This document shows positions 37,720 through 51,046 of a DNA stretch of 64,000 nt, piece after piece. This DNA comes from Sphaerodactylus townsendi. Its lineage: Eukaryota. Below the pieces are notes generated by a model. The model did not search any database. It was given only the letters and a program-made list of their open reading frames with translations, and was not told the origin of the DNA. The first letter of the stretch is position 1. The number at the start of each line of letters is the position of its first letter. Both the position numbers and the translations under genes were made by a program. Location of the stretch: NCBI RefSeq assembly GCF_021028975.2, contig NC_059429.1, positions 62,558,001-62,622,000 of the forward strand. Reading direction: 5' to 3'.

Positions 37720-39559
37720 TATTAAATTGATTATCTGATCTCTAGTTTCGGCCCCATGGCCAGTCAACCTACAATGTCACAGTCTGTCTAAATAACAGGC
37801 CAACTGACAAGGATTTCATCTGATTTTTTCCAAAGTTGCCCAAATTATGTTTTGCTATGCTCAGCAGTTCATCCAAATCTCTGCCTCACCCTTTCTTTAA
37901 AGAGATCATAGTCCAGGGACTTTTCATTCCGCATTTCAGAGTAGATGTCATTTAATCCCCCACATTTTTCTGTATGGATATACATTGTTCTCTTGTGTCG
38001 GTCACTTGGAAATCTTTACAAGCCCTTTAAAAGCTACCCCCCAAAAAGCTTTAATATTTCCTCCTCTTTGAAATTTTGATCAATGTAGCAGGATTCACAA
38101 CGTTGCCAAGTACTTCCCAGCTCAGTCCTTAATCATAATTATTCCATTTTTAATTAATTTAATTCTATTTCATGCTGTCTTTGGGCTTCTCTCTCTTAAT
38201 GCTATATCCTTTTGTTTTAATTCTATTTCTTGATCTCCTGTTAATTAGTAGAAACATGCTGACCCTCCAAAATTTTAGTTTGGCACAACAGAGTGTTTGT
38301 CTGTGTGCCCCATTCCTATCACTGCATCCTGTTAGCTTAATGGAGCCTGAACAAGTATCCCTGGATGGAACAGAGCTACTGTAAACAATGAGTCCTGTGC
38401 CCCCTCTTTTTTTCTCACCCCTCTCTTACTCCTGCAAAAATCATTCTGTGTGGGATGCTGGGCCTGCCATCTTAATAGATTAGGAACCAGATGGGTAGCA
38501 TCATTGTGTAAAATTACTTCTGAATTGTTCCATTCATTCTTCTAGTTATAGGTAGGCTTGGAGATTCGGTAAATCCAAATCACAGAAAAAAGTAGGAAAA
38601 GCCATATTGGCTTTTTTGGTGTTTTCTTTTACTAATTAAAAAAAAACTCAGGTGTATTTGTAAAGCCAAATATGTCTGGGGCTGAAAAAGCCAAATAACA
38701 GGAGGGGGAGCGATCCTGCAAGGGTGGAGGGAGAGAGCCTGATCCTTCATGTGGGGCTGACCTAGCTCAGCCTCACATGCAGGATCACCCCTGTGCCCCT
38801 GATCTTTAAGTCCTCCAGGGCTTGGAAAGCAATGGCAGGGCAATTCTCTCCCCTCTGCCATTTCCCAAGCCCTAGAAGGAGAGAACTGAAAAATTTATGG
38901 TTTGGGATTTTTTAACCCAACATTTTGAGTAATAGCTGATTCATATCAGCTTGATTTGGCTTGAACACCAATACAAAATACTGGTAAATTTCAGCTTTGG
39001 GTACTTTCAACCAGGAATTTTTCAGTAAAGCCAAATCAAGCCTTGTCATGGGTCTTCTTTAGTTAATGCAGACAAATATTCAACTGTGCAGATCCTCTGA
39101 TAAAATGGCTTGTAGAAGGGGGCAGCAACTTCCACTAATTCTTCCCTCCCACTGCAGATGCCCACTTTGACCCCTTGTTGTTTCAGAGGATTGGCTGACC
39201 TTCAGGAACAAAATTTAGGGGGTTCACTGGGATGCAGTAGGAAGGAAAGATGGGAAAGTCCCAGTTCCTCAAAGTCCACAGATGACTGAATATACACCAC
39301 TGCTGGAACTCTTCCCATAACCAAGAAAGGTCTTGTAAAATTAATGAGTCCAAAATCTGTTTGAATTCTTCTCTTATTGTATTTTTAATGTATGAAAAAA
39401 TGAAATTCAGATGTAATTTGTAGAAATAATTGTATTTAATACTCTCACAGCACAATCCATAAAGGGGGGGGGGGCGCAAATACACCTATGGAGGCAGCAC
39501 AGGGCTGTGCAGGCTGATTTTCCCTTCTCAGAGAACATATCCCAATGTAGGAGCAAACC

Positions 39560-40687
39560 CAGAGGTGGGATTCAGCCAGTTCGCAACGGTTCAATGGAAC
39601 CACTTGTTAAATTTTCTTCAGTTCAGCAAACCGGTTGTTAAAGATTAACTTCAACTTCTTTGATGAATTTTCCTCAGTTCTGCAAACTGCTGGTTAATGA
39701 TTAACTTCAACTTCAACTGACTCGGCATATCTGTTAATGATTAATCCCCCCCTCCGATGGGAGTTAGTGGTGCGAGGCTCTCTTTTAAAAAGTATCTAAT
39801 GAAATCCCTTGGAGGAGGGGCATACAAAGCCTCAGTTAGAGAGGAGTGGATAAGTGGCAGGAACACCAGGAGATAATTGAGCTGGTTCCTCCTGGCTATT
39901 AAAGTAAGTAACTGCGTTTTGTTAAACTTTCTACCCTGGTGCCATGGGGTTGGGGAGGGGAGAGTTTGCCCAGTGCTTGCTTTCTGCTGGCAAAACTTTC
40001 TACCCTGGTGCCATGGGGAGGGCAGAGTTTGCCCAGTGCTTGGTTTCTGTTGGCAAATCTTTCTACCTTGGTGCCATGGGGATGGGGAGGGCAGAGTTTT
40101 CCCAATGCTTGGTTTCTGCTGGCAAAAATTTCTACCCTGGTGCCATAGGGATGGCGAGGGCAGAGTTTTCCCAATGCTTGGTTTCTGCTGGCAAAAATTT
40201 CTACCCTGGTACCATCGGGATGGGGAGGACAGAGTTTGCCCAGTGCTTGGGTTTTATTGGCAAAACTTTCTATCCTGGTGGCATGGGGATGGGGAGGGGA
40301 GAGTTTGCCCAGTGCTTGGTTTCTGCTGGCAAAAGTTTCTATCCTGGTGCCATGGCGATGGGGAGAGGAGAGTTTGCCCAGTTCTTGGTTTCTGTTGGCA
40401 CATCTTTCTACCCTGGTGGCATGGGGATGGGGAGGGGAGAATTTGCCCAGTGCTTGGTTCCATTTTGCAAAACTGTCTACCCAGGTGGCATCGGGGCAGA
40501 GTGGGGAGATTCTGCCCAGTGCCCCTGCTGCAGTACCGCCCACCCTGCTCTGGAAATCCCTGCACCCAGAACGCCCAGACCATGCCCCCGCCATGTTGTG
40601 CCCCACCCTGCTCCGTTGGCACTACACGACTGTTTGAATCCCACCACTATCGGAACCTGTTGTTAAAATTTTTGAATCCCACCACTG
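39560..40687. mobile_element. Non-autonomous hAT element carrying a 69-bp minisatellite
   Basis: TIRs CAGAGGTGGGATTCA / TGAATCCCACCACTG and a perfect 8-bp TSD AGCAAACC (39552-39559, 40688-40695). Confidence 0.9.
39928..40522. repeat. 69-bp minisatellite, about 8.7 copies
   Basis: The CTACCCTGGT anchor (with minor variants) occurs at 39931, 40000, 40063, 40132, 40201, 40270, 40339, 40408 and 40477. Confidence 0.97.
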
Positions 40688-43465
40688 AGCAAACCTGCCA
40701 GCAGAAAGCTCCCGTGGTCCTCCATGACAGCCAGACAGTGCAGAGCATCACATCAATGTTCCTGCACCCCGCTGCCTCACTGGTGTAGTGGAGGCATTTT
40801 AGGGGCATCATTGACGGTGGAGCTGACATTAGTCACCTTCCATCCAGCCTTTGCCTGCCAGAATGCTGGCATGGGGGCTTGGGCTTATGCCACGCTTTTC
40901 GGTGACAAAAGGCCACAGACCACAGTAGATGGCTTTTTGATGGCTGGGGGGCTTTGTTTTTTGCCTCCTCACACTTCAAAGAAGCCCTCTTGGAGATGGC
41001 AGGGCAGTACCAAAGCAGTGCTACACCCCGCCACCATGGGCTCTGGATTGCGCTGTTAGTGTATTTGTGGAAATGCATAAACTGAATGAGCATTCAATCT
41101 TCATAAGCAATATTCATTTTATCTCCTGTTTATGAATATTGAGGCTCTTACACACAGTCATAGACGCTTCATCTTTGGTAGTTAATCACAGAGAAACTGG
41201 ACAGTTGTCCTTGGAAATTAGACTAGACTAATCAATCTTGACGTTTCCTGGTATTGTACGTCAAATTAATCAGCAAAACTGAGAAGGAATACAACAGTAT
41301 TTCATTCTAAGAATTTGTGCATGCAGAAATTAATAAAGCATTTGCTTTGATTTTTCATTTCCAAATAAGGTATAGTAAATACTATCACAGCCCCATTTTG
41401 TGTCAGTGAGAACCCCCATAACCTTTTGTTTCTGCAACAGGTAACATTAGAATTAATTCAAGGTTTAAGAAAACTCTGACCCACTAACAAAGCATAAGGA
41501 GACAGCTAAAGGGAGAATCCCTAGAAGATGAAAAATCGTCCCTGAAATTGTTGGAGGCAGTTTGCCAACCTACAAAACCAGCTAAGATACTACATACCAG
41601 TATCAGTGAAATAGTGTTGCCAACCATGACCTCAGTTGATTAACTTCTGGACTGGGTGCAGGTGATACTAGCCAGAAAAGATGCACAAAGGAATTAAAGC
41701 ATTCCATGAATGACCTATACACGTGCCCATTTTAGTGGAAACAAGAGCTGTGCCAGAAAACTAAGCAATCTTTAACCCCTTGTTGCATCACAACTTGAAC
41801 TCCCCAAATAAATATCTAGGCTCAAGATTCTTTGGACTAACGAAGAGTCAAGGTTCTTTGGATTAACAATGAAGTTAATGTCAGAGTATACAAAATGGAA
41901 TGCACCACTTATCCTGCTTTTCTAGAAGTCCCAGTGCACATTTCCTTTAAAAAACATCCAGAAAATTGTATACTTCACAGTGACAGAAATGCTATCATTG
42001 TATCAAACATCTTATTAGTAATTTTACTTTGTCATAACAAATATAATTATTTTATTACTTTTTACTGTATTGTACTCACATTGCTTCTCATTACTGGACA
42101 AAAATTTTAAACCACATTTGCTGGTTCATACAATTCAGGATTTGGGATAAGAACACTCTTGCAGTTTTCTTCACCTACATGTGCAATTAATCTTCAGTGA
42201 TTTCAGCTACTCCCTGGCAAGTTCCATGTTATATTTAACACTGAACACAGTTTCAGAAATGGATAGTGTACACAACTGAATTCTTTTCCAAGACAATGTA
42301 ACAAGATAAACAAAACCCTTTCATCTTAGGGAATTCTCTAACAGCTCTGCACCCAAATTTGGAAGTGACCTTCAGTTAACATTCCTAAGTAAATGATGTA
42401 ATCAAGAGCAACATTTGGAGACAGCAGACCACCAGGATCAGACTCATCTAATCAAAATTATACAAATGATTATGTGTATTAAAAATATGGACACTGTAAT
42501 TTATCTATGTAACTGTGTCCTGAATTCCAGAAGGTTTTTTATATATGAGAGAATAAGTGACAAACTATCGTGTGGGTGGGGCGACATGGATTATCAATAT
42601 GAACTTGGGGAAGGATAAGTACTCTATCCTCTTGCAGTTTCTCTGGTGGAAAAGCTGATTTCTCAAATCTAAGTTTTCCCATCCCTGTGAAAAAATTTTG
42701 AACCAAAAGGTTTATAGGTCCCATGTACGAGGTGTCTGAATATATCACTCAGAAATTTGAGCTAAATTTTGAACTGTAAATTAACCATCTGCTTCCTGTT
42801 TCTACTATTTGGCCACCCCTAGCCCACCACCTCAATCTCATTGCCCTTCCTGGATTTTGACCAGCTCTTTGTATACAGCAGAAGTACATAGTTCTCAGAA
42901 GAATGCCAAACTGGGGGGAGGGGGATTATTTGCAAGTGAGCATTATGAAGGGATGCTTAGAATCTGATGACAGCAAATTCCACTGAACGCAGAGGCTTAC
43001 TCCCAAGTAAATCCATCTAGGATCAGGCACACTCTCTTTTCGGCAAGCGTGCTGGAGAAGTGGCACCACAGAAAAGGTTAAATGTGGATAAATCCAAGAA
43101 TCCAGCCTTGTCAATTTCACTCTGATGCACTGCTCCATTGATAAACTTTTGCCGCTTAATTTTTTTTTAAAGACTACGAAGGAAAGGTCCCAGAACTTTC
43201 CAGCATCAGAAAATGGAGGTAAAATGGGAATGAAGTGGGGAAAGAGGTGGGAAATCGAGTGGGAGAAACAACTATGGTGTATGGAGGGGTGAGGTATGGA
43301 GGGGGGAGACAAGAACGAGGCAAATGTTTACGCATTGGGATTACTTCACTTCTATGTGATGGAGCGAAAACTCACATTTTGAGAGCATTCACAAAATGCA
43401 GGGGATAGCAGAAGTGAAAGCACAGTGACTTCTAAAGAGGGGAAAATGCTTGGGTACCCCTAGCC

Positions 43466-44640
43466 CAGGGGTAGGGAACCTGCGGCTCTCCAGATGTTCA
43501 GGAACTACAATTCCCATCAGCCCCTACCAGCATGGCCAATTGGCCATGCTGACAGAGGCTGATGGGAATTGTAGTTCCTGAATACTCTGGGGCTGGGAGG
43601 TCCCTACTCCCCTGCCCCAGCCCAAAGGTTGCCTGAACTCATGCTCAAGCAGCCGCAAGAACGCTCTTTCCGCTTGTGGTGCTGCCTCCTGGCATGGCCC
43701 CTTCCTCCTCTCTGGCTTCCACAGCAATTCTCTCTCCTCTCTTCTTGTCTCTCTCCTCCTCTCCTAGTCACCTCTGCCTCTCCTTCCACCCTCCACTTCT
43801 TCCTTCTCCTCGAGCCTTCGCTCACCACCCTCGGCTTCAAATCCTGTCCCAGTGCTCAAGCCCCTCGGTCCTGCACGTTCCTACCCCTGCCCTAGGCCGT
43901 AGGCTGGGTCGCTCGGGTTGGGGCCAGACCGAGGATTCGCCAGGTGGCCTGCCCCACAGCCGCCCATTGTCCCTCAGGCTGCTGGGGCACATTGCTCAGC
44001 CACAAGCAGTCAGCTGTGGGGGCACGGCCTGCTGCTGGGGCTTGGGCACGCATTACGCTTGCCAGTGCTCCGCCTGGCCAAGTTCGTGAGTGATTCACCC
44101 CTGACACTTATGCGCTCCCGCGATGAACGTGGGAGCTGCGGCAGCCAGCATCCCAGCCTGAGCCGGGCGCTGCTTTTTCTCCCTCCCCTCAGGGTAGAAC
44201 TTGAGAAAAAAAAGCAGCTCCGCCCAGCTGCCTGGGATGCTGGCTGGTACGCGCGGCATAAGTATGTCCGGGTTGCCCGGAGGCTCCTCCCCAGACTCTT
44301 GGACGGGCGTGGTGCAAGGCACCGGGTAGCTGCACGCCCAGCAGCGTGCAGGTCTCGGGTCAGGCCACGAGCCCCTTCGCAGCCCCGGCAGCGGCGGCAA
44401 TGTGCCCAGACCCGGCCTGAGGGACAACGGGCCGAGCGCTGCGGGGGCAGGCCGCCGAGCGACTCACGGCGGCAACACCTCTCCCCAGCCCAGCCTCGTT
44501 GCAGGACGAGGGGAGAAACGCCCTAGAAGGCACTGGGGCAGGATTTAAGGCGGTGGGGCGGCCGAACGAGGCTCCGAGGAGAAGGAAGAAGCTGGGGAAA
44601 GTGGAGGGTGGAAAGGAGAGCTGATGTGACTAGGAGAGAG

Positions 44641-44685
<45 letters not shown>

Positions 44686-45068
44686 AGAGAGGGATAGATC
44701 TGTGGAAAAGCCCCAGAGAGGGGAGGAACAGCAGGGAAGGGGGTTGAATGTAGTAGAGAAGGGGGGGAAGCTGAAAAGATAACTGAAAGCTGGGTAGAAA
44801 TATTAGAGACAGAACAAGGGGGAAAGGAGGAAACAGAATGGGAAAAGGTCACAATCAGAGGGGTTGAAGCGGACCCTGACGAGAGGGGAGAAGTTGAGGA
44901 AAGAGGAGAGTTGCCCTTTGTACAAAGCGTGCGTAAAGGTAAAAAACCAAAATACTCAGTGTTTTCTTCATTTTAAATGCCAAAAAGTATTTGCGGCTCC
45001 ATGAGTTTTCTTTTCCATGGAAAATGGGTCCAAATGGCTCTTTGAGTGTTAAAGGTTCCCTACCCCTG
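43466..45068. mobile_element. Composite GC-rich hAT element, 1.6 kb
   Basis: TIRs CAGGGGTAGGGAACC / GGTTCCCTACCCCTG and a perfect TSD CCCTAGCC. Its ends are the reverse complements of the ends of the 32084 MITE. Internal (GA)n at about 44643-44690. Confidence 0.9.
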
Positions 45069-45996
45069 CCCTAGCCCAACAGGAATGTATACTGAAAGTG
45101 AAGAGAACACAAATAAGTGAATGGTCAAAGAAAAGAAAATAGCAGTGGCTCTTTTGTGAAGGGAAAAGACAGAGGACACAGCTCCTGCACTGAACATCAT
45201 GGCTTAAGCATGGGCTCAAACAACTCATACCTGAATTCTGTGTACTTGGGCAAGCGGAGAGAGGGACGGTAACTTTATTTAGTTCTAGAACCCACTTTCT
45301 GCTTTAGAAGAATAAACTGTATAAAAGTTTAGTCATTTGAAACTAGAGGGCATTTGCCACACAATTCTTTGTCAGACTGAGCCCAGTCTGGCTTTCCCCA
45401 TAAGAATCTTCCTTTCCATCTCTGCACTGTTGGAGGAAACATTTTGATATCTGCCCTGCATAGCGACTTAAAGCAGCAACCCTCTGAAGCAACCCCTGTA
45501 TGATGTTTTGAATTGCACGTGTTTTAGGCTTATTTCCCAAAGGTACAGCACAAGAAAAATCTCAGATACATGAACAAGGAAAGTCTCAGTTACTTAATCC
45601 AAACACCTTCCATAGAAACAGGATTGCCTAAGCATAATAATTCCATGTACACATATCCAAGAGAACTACTTTTTTAAATCATCAGGTTAGAAGACAGCTC
45701 TATATCAAATCCGTCATCTTAAAGTTGCTTAATAAAAGAGTAAAGACACATGAAACATAACAGAACTCAAAGAGAACTCAAGCTTTAGTCCAAACCTGGC
45801 TTTGCAACTAAATGATGGATGTGCATACCAACAGATCATGCCTGACTCATGAGCTCTGCCTCTTCCTAACTTTTTTAATATAGTTTATTCTTCTGTGTGT
45901 TTAAAAGGAACACATGAACTCAAGCATTGATATTTTACCATACTTTAAAAAAAATTAAAGCAAAACTTTTCTGTGAGTTCCCCGAGGGGAGGGGGA

Positions 45997-46363
45997 TGTT
46001 CCTTGGTGACAACATGGAGATCAGCCATTAGCACTATATTGCTTTTTTTTTTTTAAAGAACTTGACCCTGGGCAACTTAAAAAAAACCTTAGTGCTCTAA
46101 AAATGGGTGGCATTGTAAGTGCAAAGTCTTCAGTCATATGCTGCAAAGTACAGAACAATATATAGAACTGTAAACACTATTGTCCATTATGTTTGACAGT
46201 TGCCTAATATGGGAGAAGAAAATAAATTATTCATAATGAAAATGTCACTTGCTAGTAGAAAACTGACAAAACTCATCTTTTTTAATTTGGGTTTTTATCA
46301 CTGAGGGCAAGTGTCAAACTATATGTACAAAAAATAAAACATGGTGCTGTTAAATTAAATTTA
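45997..46363 (+). repeat. Copy 1 of a diverged ~365-bp local direct duplication
   Basis: Colinear with 47884-48241. Confidence 0.9.
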
Positions 46364-46596
46364 TTTTGACAGCTGTAGCAGCTAACAGAAAGTGTTTCCC
46401 TACTTTAGGGGACACAGATCTTATGGATCACAAATCATGTTCATAATTTACATGCTGACATCACAGACTCTTTAGAAAGTCTAATGGCATATTATTTCCT
46501 CAATAGAATCATTAACTCCAATCCAAAGAGGTTCAAAGATGGAACTCAGGAAGATACAGATAATGGCATGATCTGCCAAGGCTTAGCCTTAGAATG

Positions 46597-46796
46597 GAGA
46601 GGCGGTGGCGGGCCGCCTTAGAATGCAGAGGGGGCTGGGGGTGCATGTCGCACCGGGCGCGTGTCCTTGTGGGGGTGTGGCGAGGGCATTCCAGGGGTGT
46701 GGCGGGGGTGTTCCAGGGGCATGGCGGGGGCGTTCCGGGGCAGGGGCAGAGGATGCAACAGTGCACTGGGCACTTTTCTCCTTTGCTATGCCTCTG
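46597..46796. mobile_element. GC-rich hAT-like MITE
   Basis: The right end GCTATGCCTCTG is followed by TTAGAATG. The same 8-mer occurs at 46589 and 46618, each before a (C/G)AGAGG start. Confidence 0.65.
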
Positions 46797-47883
46797 TTAG
46801 AATGGGATGAAATCCGTCTGCAGGCAGGCAGACGGATCCCTCTACAAACTCACCACCATCACCACATCGCAGAGCTAGGATCAGCTAGTTGGAAGACCAG
46901 TGTCTGTCACTGAGCTAGAACCATCATTGGGAACTAGGAGGTTCTTGCTGAGACCAGTTTGCCCCTGCCATCCCCCTGTGAACACCACTGGAATACCAAG
47001 AACAGCAAAGACAGCAGTTGTACTGAAGCCTAATCCAGACAACTGTAGGTGTCTAGCAGCTTAGGCTATACTATTTAACAGACTGATTGCAACAGGAAGA
47101 AAGTAAATGAATACTAAATTTTATCAGGAGCAAGGTCCTTCTAAGTACTCACTGGAAAACAACTGACCATGAAGCATGCATACAGGGCACTCTGTATCAG
47201 AGGCTACTGTGTAAGAGGCTTTGTGAACATGTGATTACCTATGCAAAAAGTAGTACCAGCCTGGATACAGTCAAACCAAACCGATGCCCACAAGGATCAG
47301 TCCACAAAAACTATTGAACGACACACACTACCCTTTTATACTTTTCTTTAAAAATGATCATTAAAACCAATCATTATAAAGGATTTTTTACTCCAATTGT
47401 ATTATACTGATTGGCTTAAAGGACTAAAACAGCCAAAACTATGCTTGGGGAAACATCATTGTGTTTTTTTTTGGGGGGGGGGGGGGACAAACACACACAA
47501 AACTGTGTGGCCTGAGGGTGTGGGTTACTGTGTGTGCATACACAGAATTCTAAGCCTCCCAGGTGAGTTACGGAATGCCTGGCCTTGTCTCACAGTGGGC
47601 GAACCAGAAGGGTGGATTCCATCACTAACCTCTGGAGAATTGTTGTATGCAGCAGTTTGAAATCACATCATTAAGACTTTTTTGAATTCTCTATATGAAT
47701 CAAGAATTGAAACAAAAGTGCAACAATGTAGAACTACTACTAACGTAAAAACAAGTAAATTGTAAGGAGCAAGGGGGAAGACCAAAACATGAAAATACAT
47801 TTTGAGGGTCACATATTCAGCCATAGCCACAGTTTAAGAAGGATATTTCCAACTTAAAGAATTCACTGTTTTCTTCTGGAGGG

Positions 47884-48241
47884 TGTTCCTTGGTGAGATC
47901 ATGGAGATCAGCCATTAGTACTACACTGCAAACCTTTTTTTAAGGACCCTGGTCAACTTAAAAAAAACCCTTACTGCTCTAAAAATGGAAGGGGGATTGT
48001 AAGTGTAAAATCTTCAGCCATATGCTGCAAAGCACAGAACAGTATATGGAACCGTAGATACAATTGTCCACTATCTTTGACAGATACCTAATATGGGAAA
48101 AGAAAATAAATTAATCATAATGTAGATGTCACTTGAAAACTGACAAAAATCATCTTTTTCAATTTGTGTTTTTATCACCTGAGGGCAAGTTTCAAACTAA
48201 ATGTACAAAAATTAAAACATGCTGCTGTTAAATTAAAATTA
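47884..48241 (+). repeat. Copy 2 of the ~365-bp local direct duplication
   Basis: Colinear with 45997-46363. Confidence 0.9.
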
Positions 48242-49284
48242 GTAGGTCAATCTGTAAGTTTTAACAAGAAATAAACAAATGTTTAATTTTTTCTGTAAGG
48301 AGAAAACACACACTTTGCAGCTGGATTTTACTGTGCAGAATAGCAAAATCCACTTTTAAACAATTGTGAAGGTGGATTGAATGTGCATTATTCTGCATGT
48401 GCAGAAGGGACCACAGGGAAGGAGGTCAGATGTGTGAGCTGGGACTTTCCTGGGTCATGCCCAGTAGATAGCACATATTCAGGAAGTGCGTAAACTAGGC
48501 CTTAGAGCAGTTTAGTAATGGAATAACCCACCTGTACAGTGTACTTATTTTCATCTTTTAACTTGGAATTTTAAGTAATTCATTTGCGATCCCCTGACTT
48601 GACATAGCCCATTGTTGTATGTACATACGTAGAAACACTAACCATGATACAAGCATGCACTTCTGCTGACCACACACAGTGGTCCATGCAAAAAGGCTGG
48701 CATGGGACACTGATGTCAGCAAAAACACATCCTAGCTGATAAGGTGATACACATACTATCTGGCATAGGTGACTATCATAAAGAGGGTAATGCGATTTTG
48801 CCAGGCTGCTCATAGCTGTGAGTTCATTAAAACTTTGAACCACTTTCCTAAGAAAATGAATGACAGTGTAATGAACTTCTAAGCAAGTGTCAAAATGGTT
48901 AAAACTTAGGTCAAATATCTCAAAAATCAAGGTATGCCTGATCTCAGAAAATTTAAAGGAATGCAGACTACCTCCCCCCCCCCAAAAAAAGTACAGCAGT
49001 TATTTGTTTTTTCTGCCACCTTTCCAAGGTTCACATCTGGAACGAGGACAAACAGTCTTTTTTTAAGTTGCAGCATTCAGACTTTATGAAAATAAAACAC
49101 CAGACATACATTTCATACATGTTTTTTTTTAAATCATTTGATCTAACTTCATGTGAATTTTCAGGTACTGCTCCAAGAAGTAGCGAGATGGATGACTGAA
49201 GGCATCAACATATTAAAGTTCTTCAAACCAGTCAGTATCTTTACAAGGTTGGTCCAATGCAGACTCCTTACACAATATATGTTT

Positions 49285-49500
49285 TGGTTTATTGGCTTCA
49301 TTTGCACCCAACTTTTCTCCCGGCTGAGAACCCAAAGTGGCTTACAACACCCCCTCTTCATTTTATTCTCACAACCCTGATAGCTTAGTGAGTGAATCTG
49401 ACTGCTCCAAGGTCAATCAGCAAGCTTCACAGCAGAGCACTGATAAGAACCTCCTTTAGGTTCTCCTTTAGCCAAGGTTCTAACCTCTACACCATGATAG
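49285..49500 (-). mobile_element. tRNA-derived SINE
   Basis: Reverse complement of the 6745-6970 family (cccaaagtggcttaca...caaggtcaatcagcaagcttc...ctaacctctacacca). Confidence 0.65.
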
Positions 49501-51046
49501 CTGAAGTTCAATTATACTACCTATTTTTATGCTAGATAAAAAGTAACACACAGTTGTACTTACTCATAAATGATGCTCACAGAGTGGTCATCTTTGGGAA
49601 CTTCACATGTTTAAGCCTGCAGCTAAACTTTCTAAACCTATCCCTTTCCCAGCAAGACGAAAGAGCAGGAGAATACCTCCCTCAGTTCCCCAAAGTCATT
49701 ACTAGAGAGCAGAAAAAACAGAGTACTAGGAAGCTCACAGAAGGGTCAAAAGAAGGGATGGGTGATTGCACAGATAACCACTTAATAGATATCAGTTGCA
49801 GGTAATTGCAACCATGTCTCCAGCATCAAGGTCACTGTGCCCATATGTAAAATAGTGAGCTAATATATGCAGGTAGTGGGCAAGCAGCTTTCAGTTGAAG
49901 AGACTCTGCAAAACTACTTTTCCAGCATGTTCTTCTTCCACGATATCAACATCCATTGAATAGTAGATGCTGAAAGTAGAGGAAGAGGGTCAAACTGCTG
50001 CTCTTCAGATCACTCCAGTGGAGAAACCACACTGGAGAACTGTAGAGCTCCAGTAGAATGAACAGGAAGCTGAAGGGGACCACTGACCCACAACTCCTCA
50101 TAGCAAAGTTTAATCAAAGACACTATGAGAGATGGACTGTGGGGTACCCTGAAATGTTCTTTAAAACTTCCATAAAAAATAAAAAGATGCTCATCTTTTC
50201 TTAAATATTTTATTCTGTTAAAATACAAAACTGAGTGGTCAAAGAATATCAACAGACTGCAATGAGCACTCATGTTCGTCTTTTGAGTTTGGAAACAGAT
50301 GAGGATTATGTCCTGATTAAGATAGCAAGATGAGACCAAATTGTGGCAAGGTCATAGAACCACCCTAGTATTGTGGATTTTCAGATCATTGCCTTAGGAC
50401 TGACAACTCACTAACCCTCCAAGCTGATTGCATTGTTATTAGAAAAACAGTTTTAAACATTAGAAAATAGGGAGAGCAGTTAGCCTAGAGATCAAAAGGA
50501 TTCAGAAAGCAGCTCCTGGGGAAGCTGGATCCTTAGCCCCAAAAGAACAGAAAGATAGGGTGAACTGCATACTCACAAGATCCCACTGGGACCTGAAGGG
50601 AGTCTGCTTTCAGGTTCTGGCAACCTGGAATGTGAACTGCCTGGATGGTGGAGTTATTTCTGACTCTCCACTTCTCAATTAACACAGCTTTTCAACCAAA
50701 GAACAAAGAGGCCGGGCTCCCTTGCTTGTTCAGTTAGAACATAATTTCATAAGGGGACCTCTATCACTTTCCAGATTACTACAAAGGCAACATACCATGC
50801 ATAAATATAAATACCTGACAATTGTTAAAAATATGTCAAGATGTGCATCACAAATCACAGTATGTGTTATAAAAAGCAAAACACATTTTGGCAAAAGAGA
50901 TCCTGTGCACCACATATTTTTAAGAAGTGGAAAATATTGTTGCAAAAACACAACCATATAAAGATACCACGTCTGTATAAATGCTTCTGATCAAATATAA
51001 TAAACATCTCATGAATCACTAATTACTGCATCATCATAACATATAA

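Noticed and set aside
39877-40788. 303-aa, 240-aa and 235-aa ORFs as real genes
   Set aside because: They arise from a stop-poor 69-bp repeat inside a TIR/TSD-bounded transposon. Several frames are open at once, the longest starts at TTG, and I recognise no domain.
43524-44852. GC-rich ORFs (up to 202 aa) or a host CpG-island promoter
   Set aside because: The ORFs are low-complexity and overlap on both strands, as expected from GC content. The segment lies wholly inside a hAT element.
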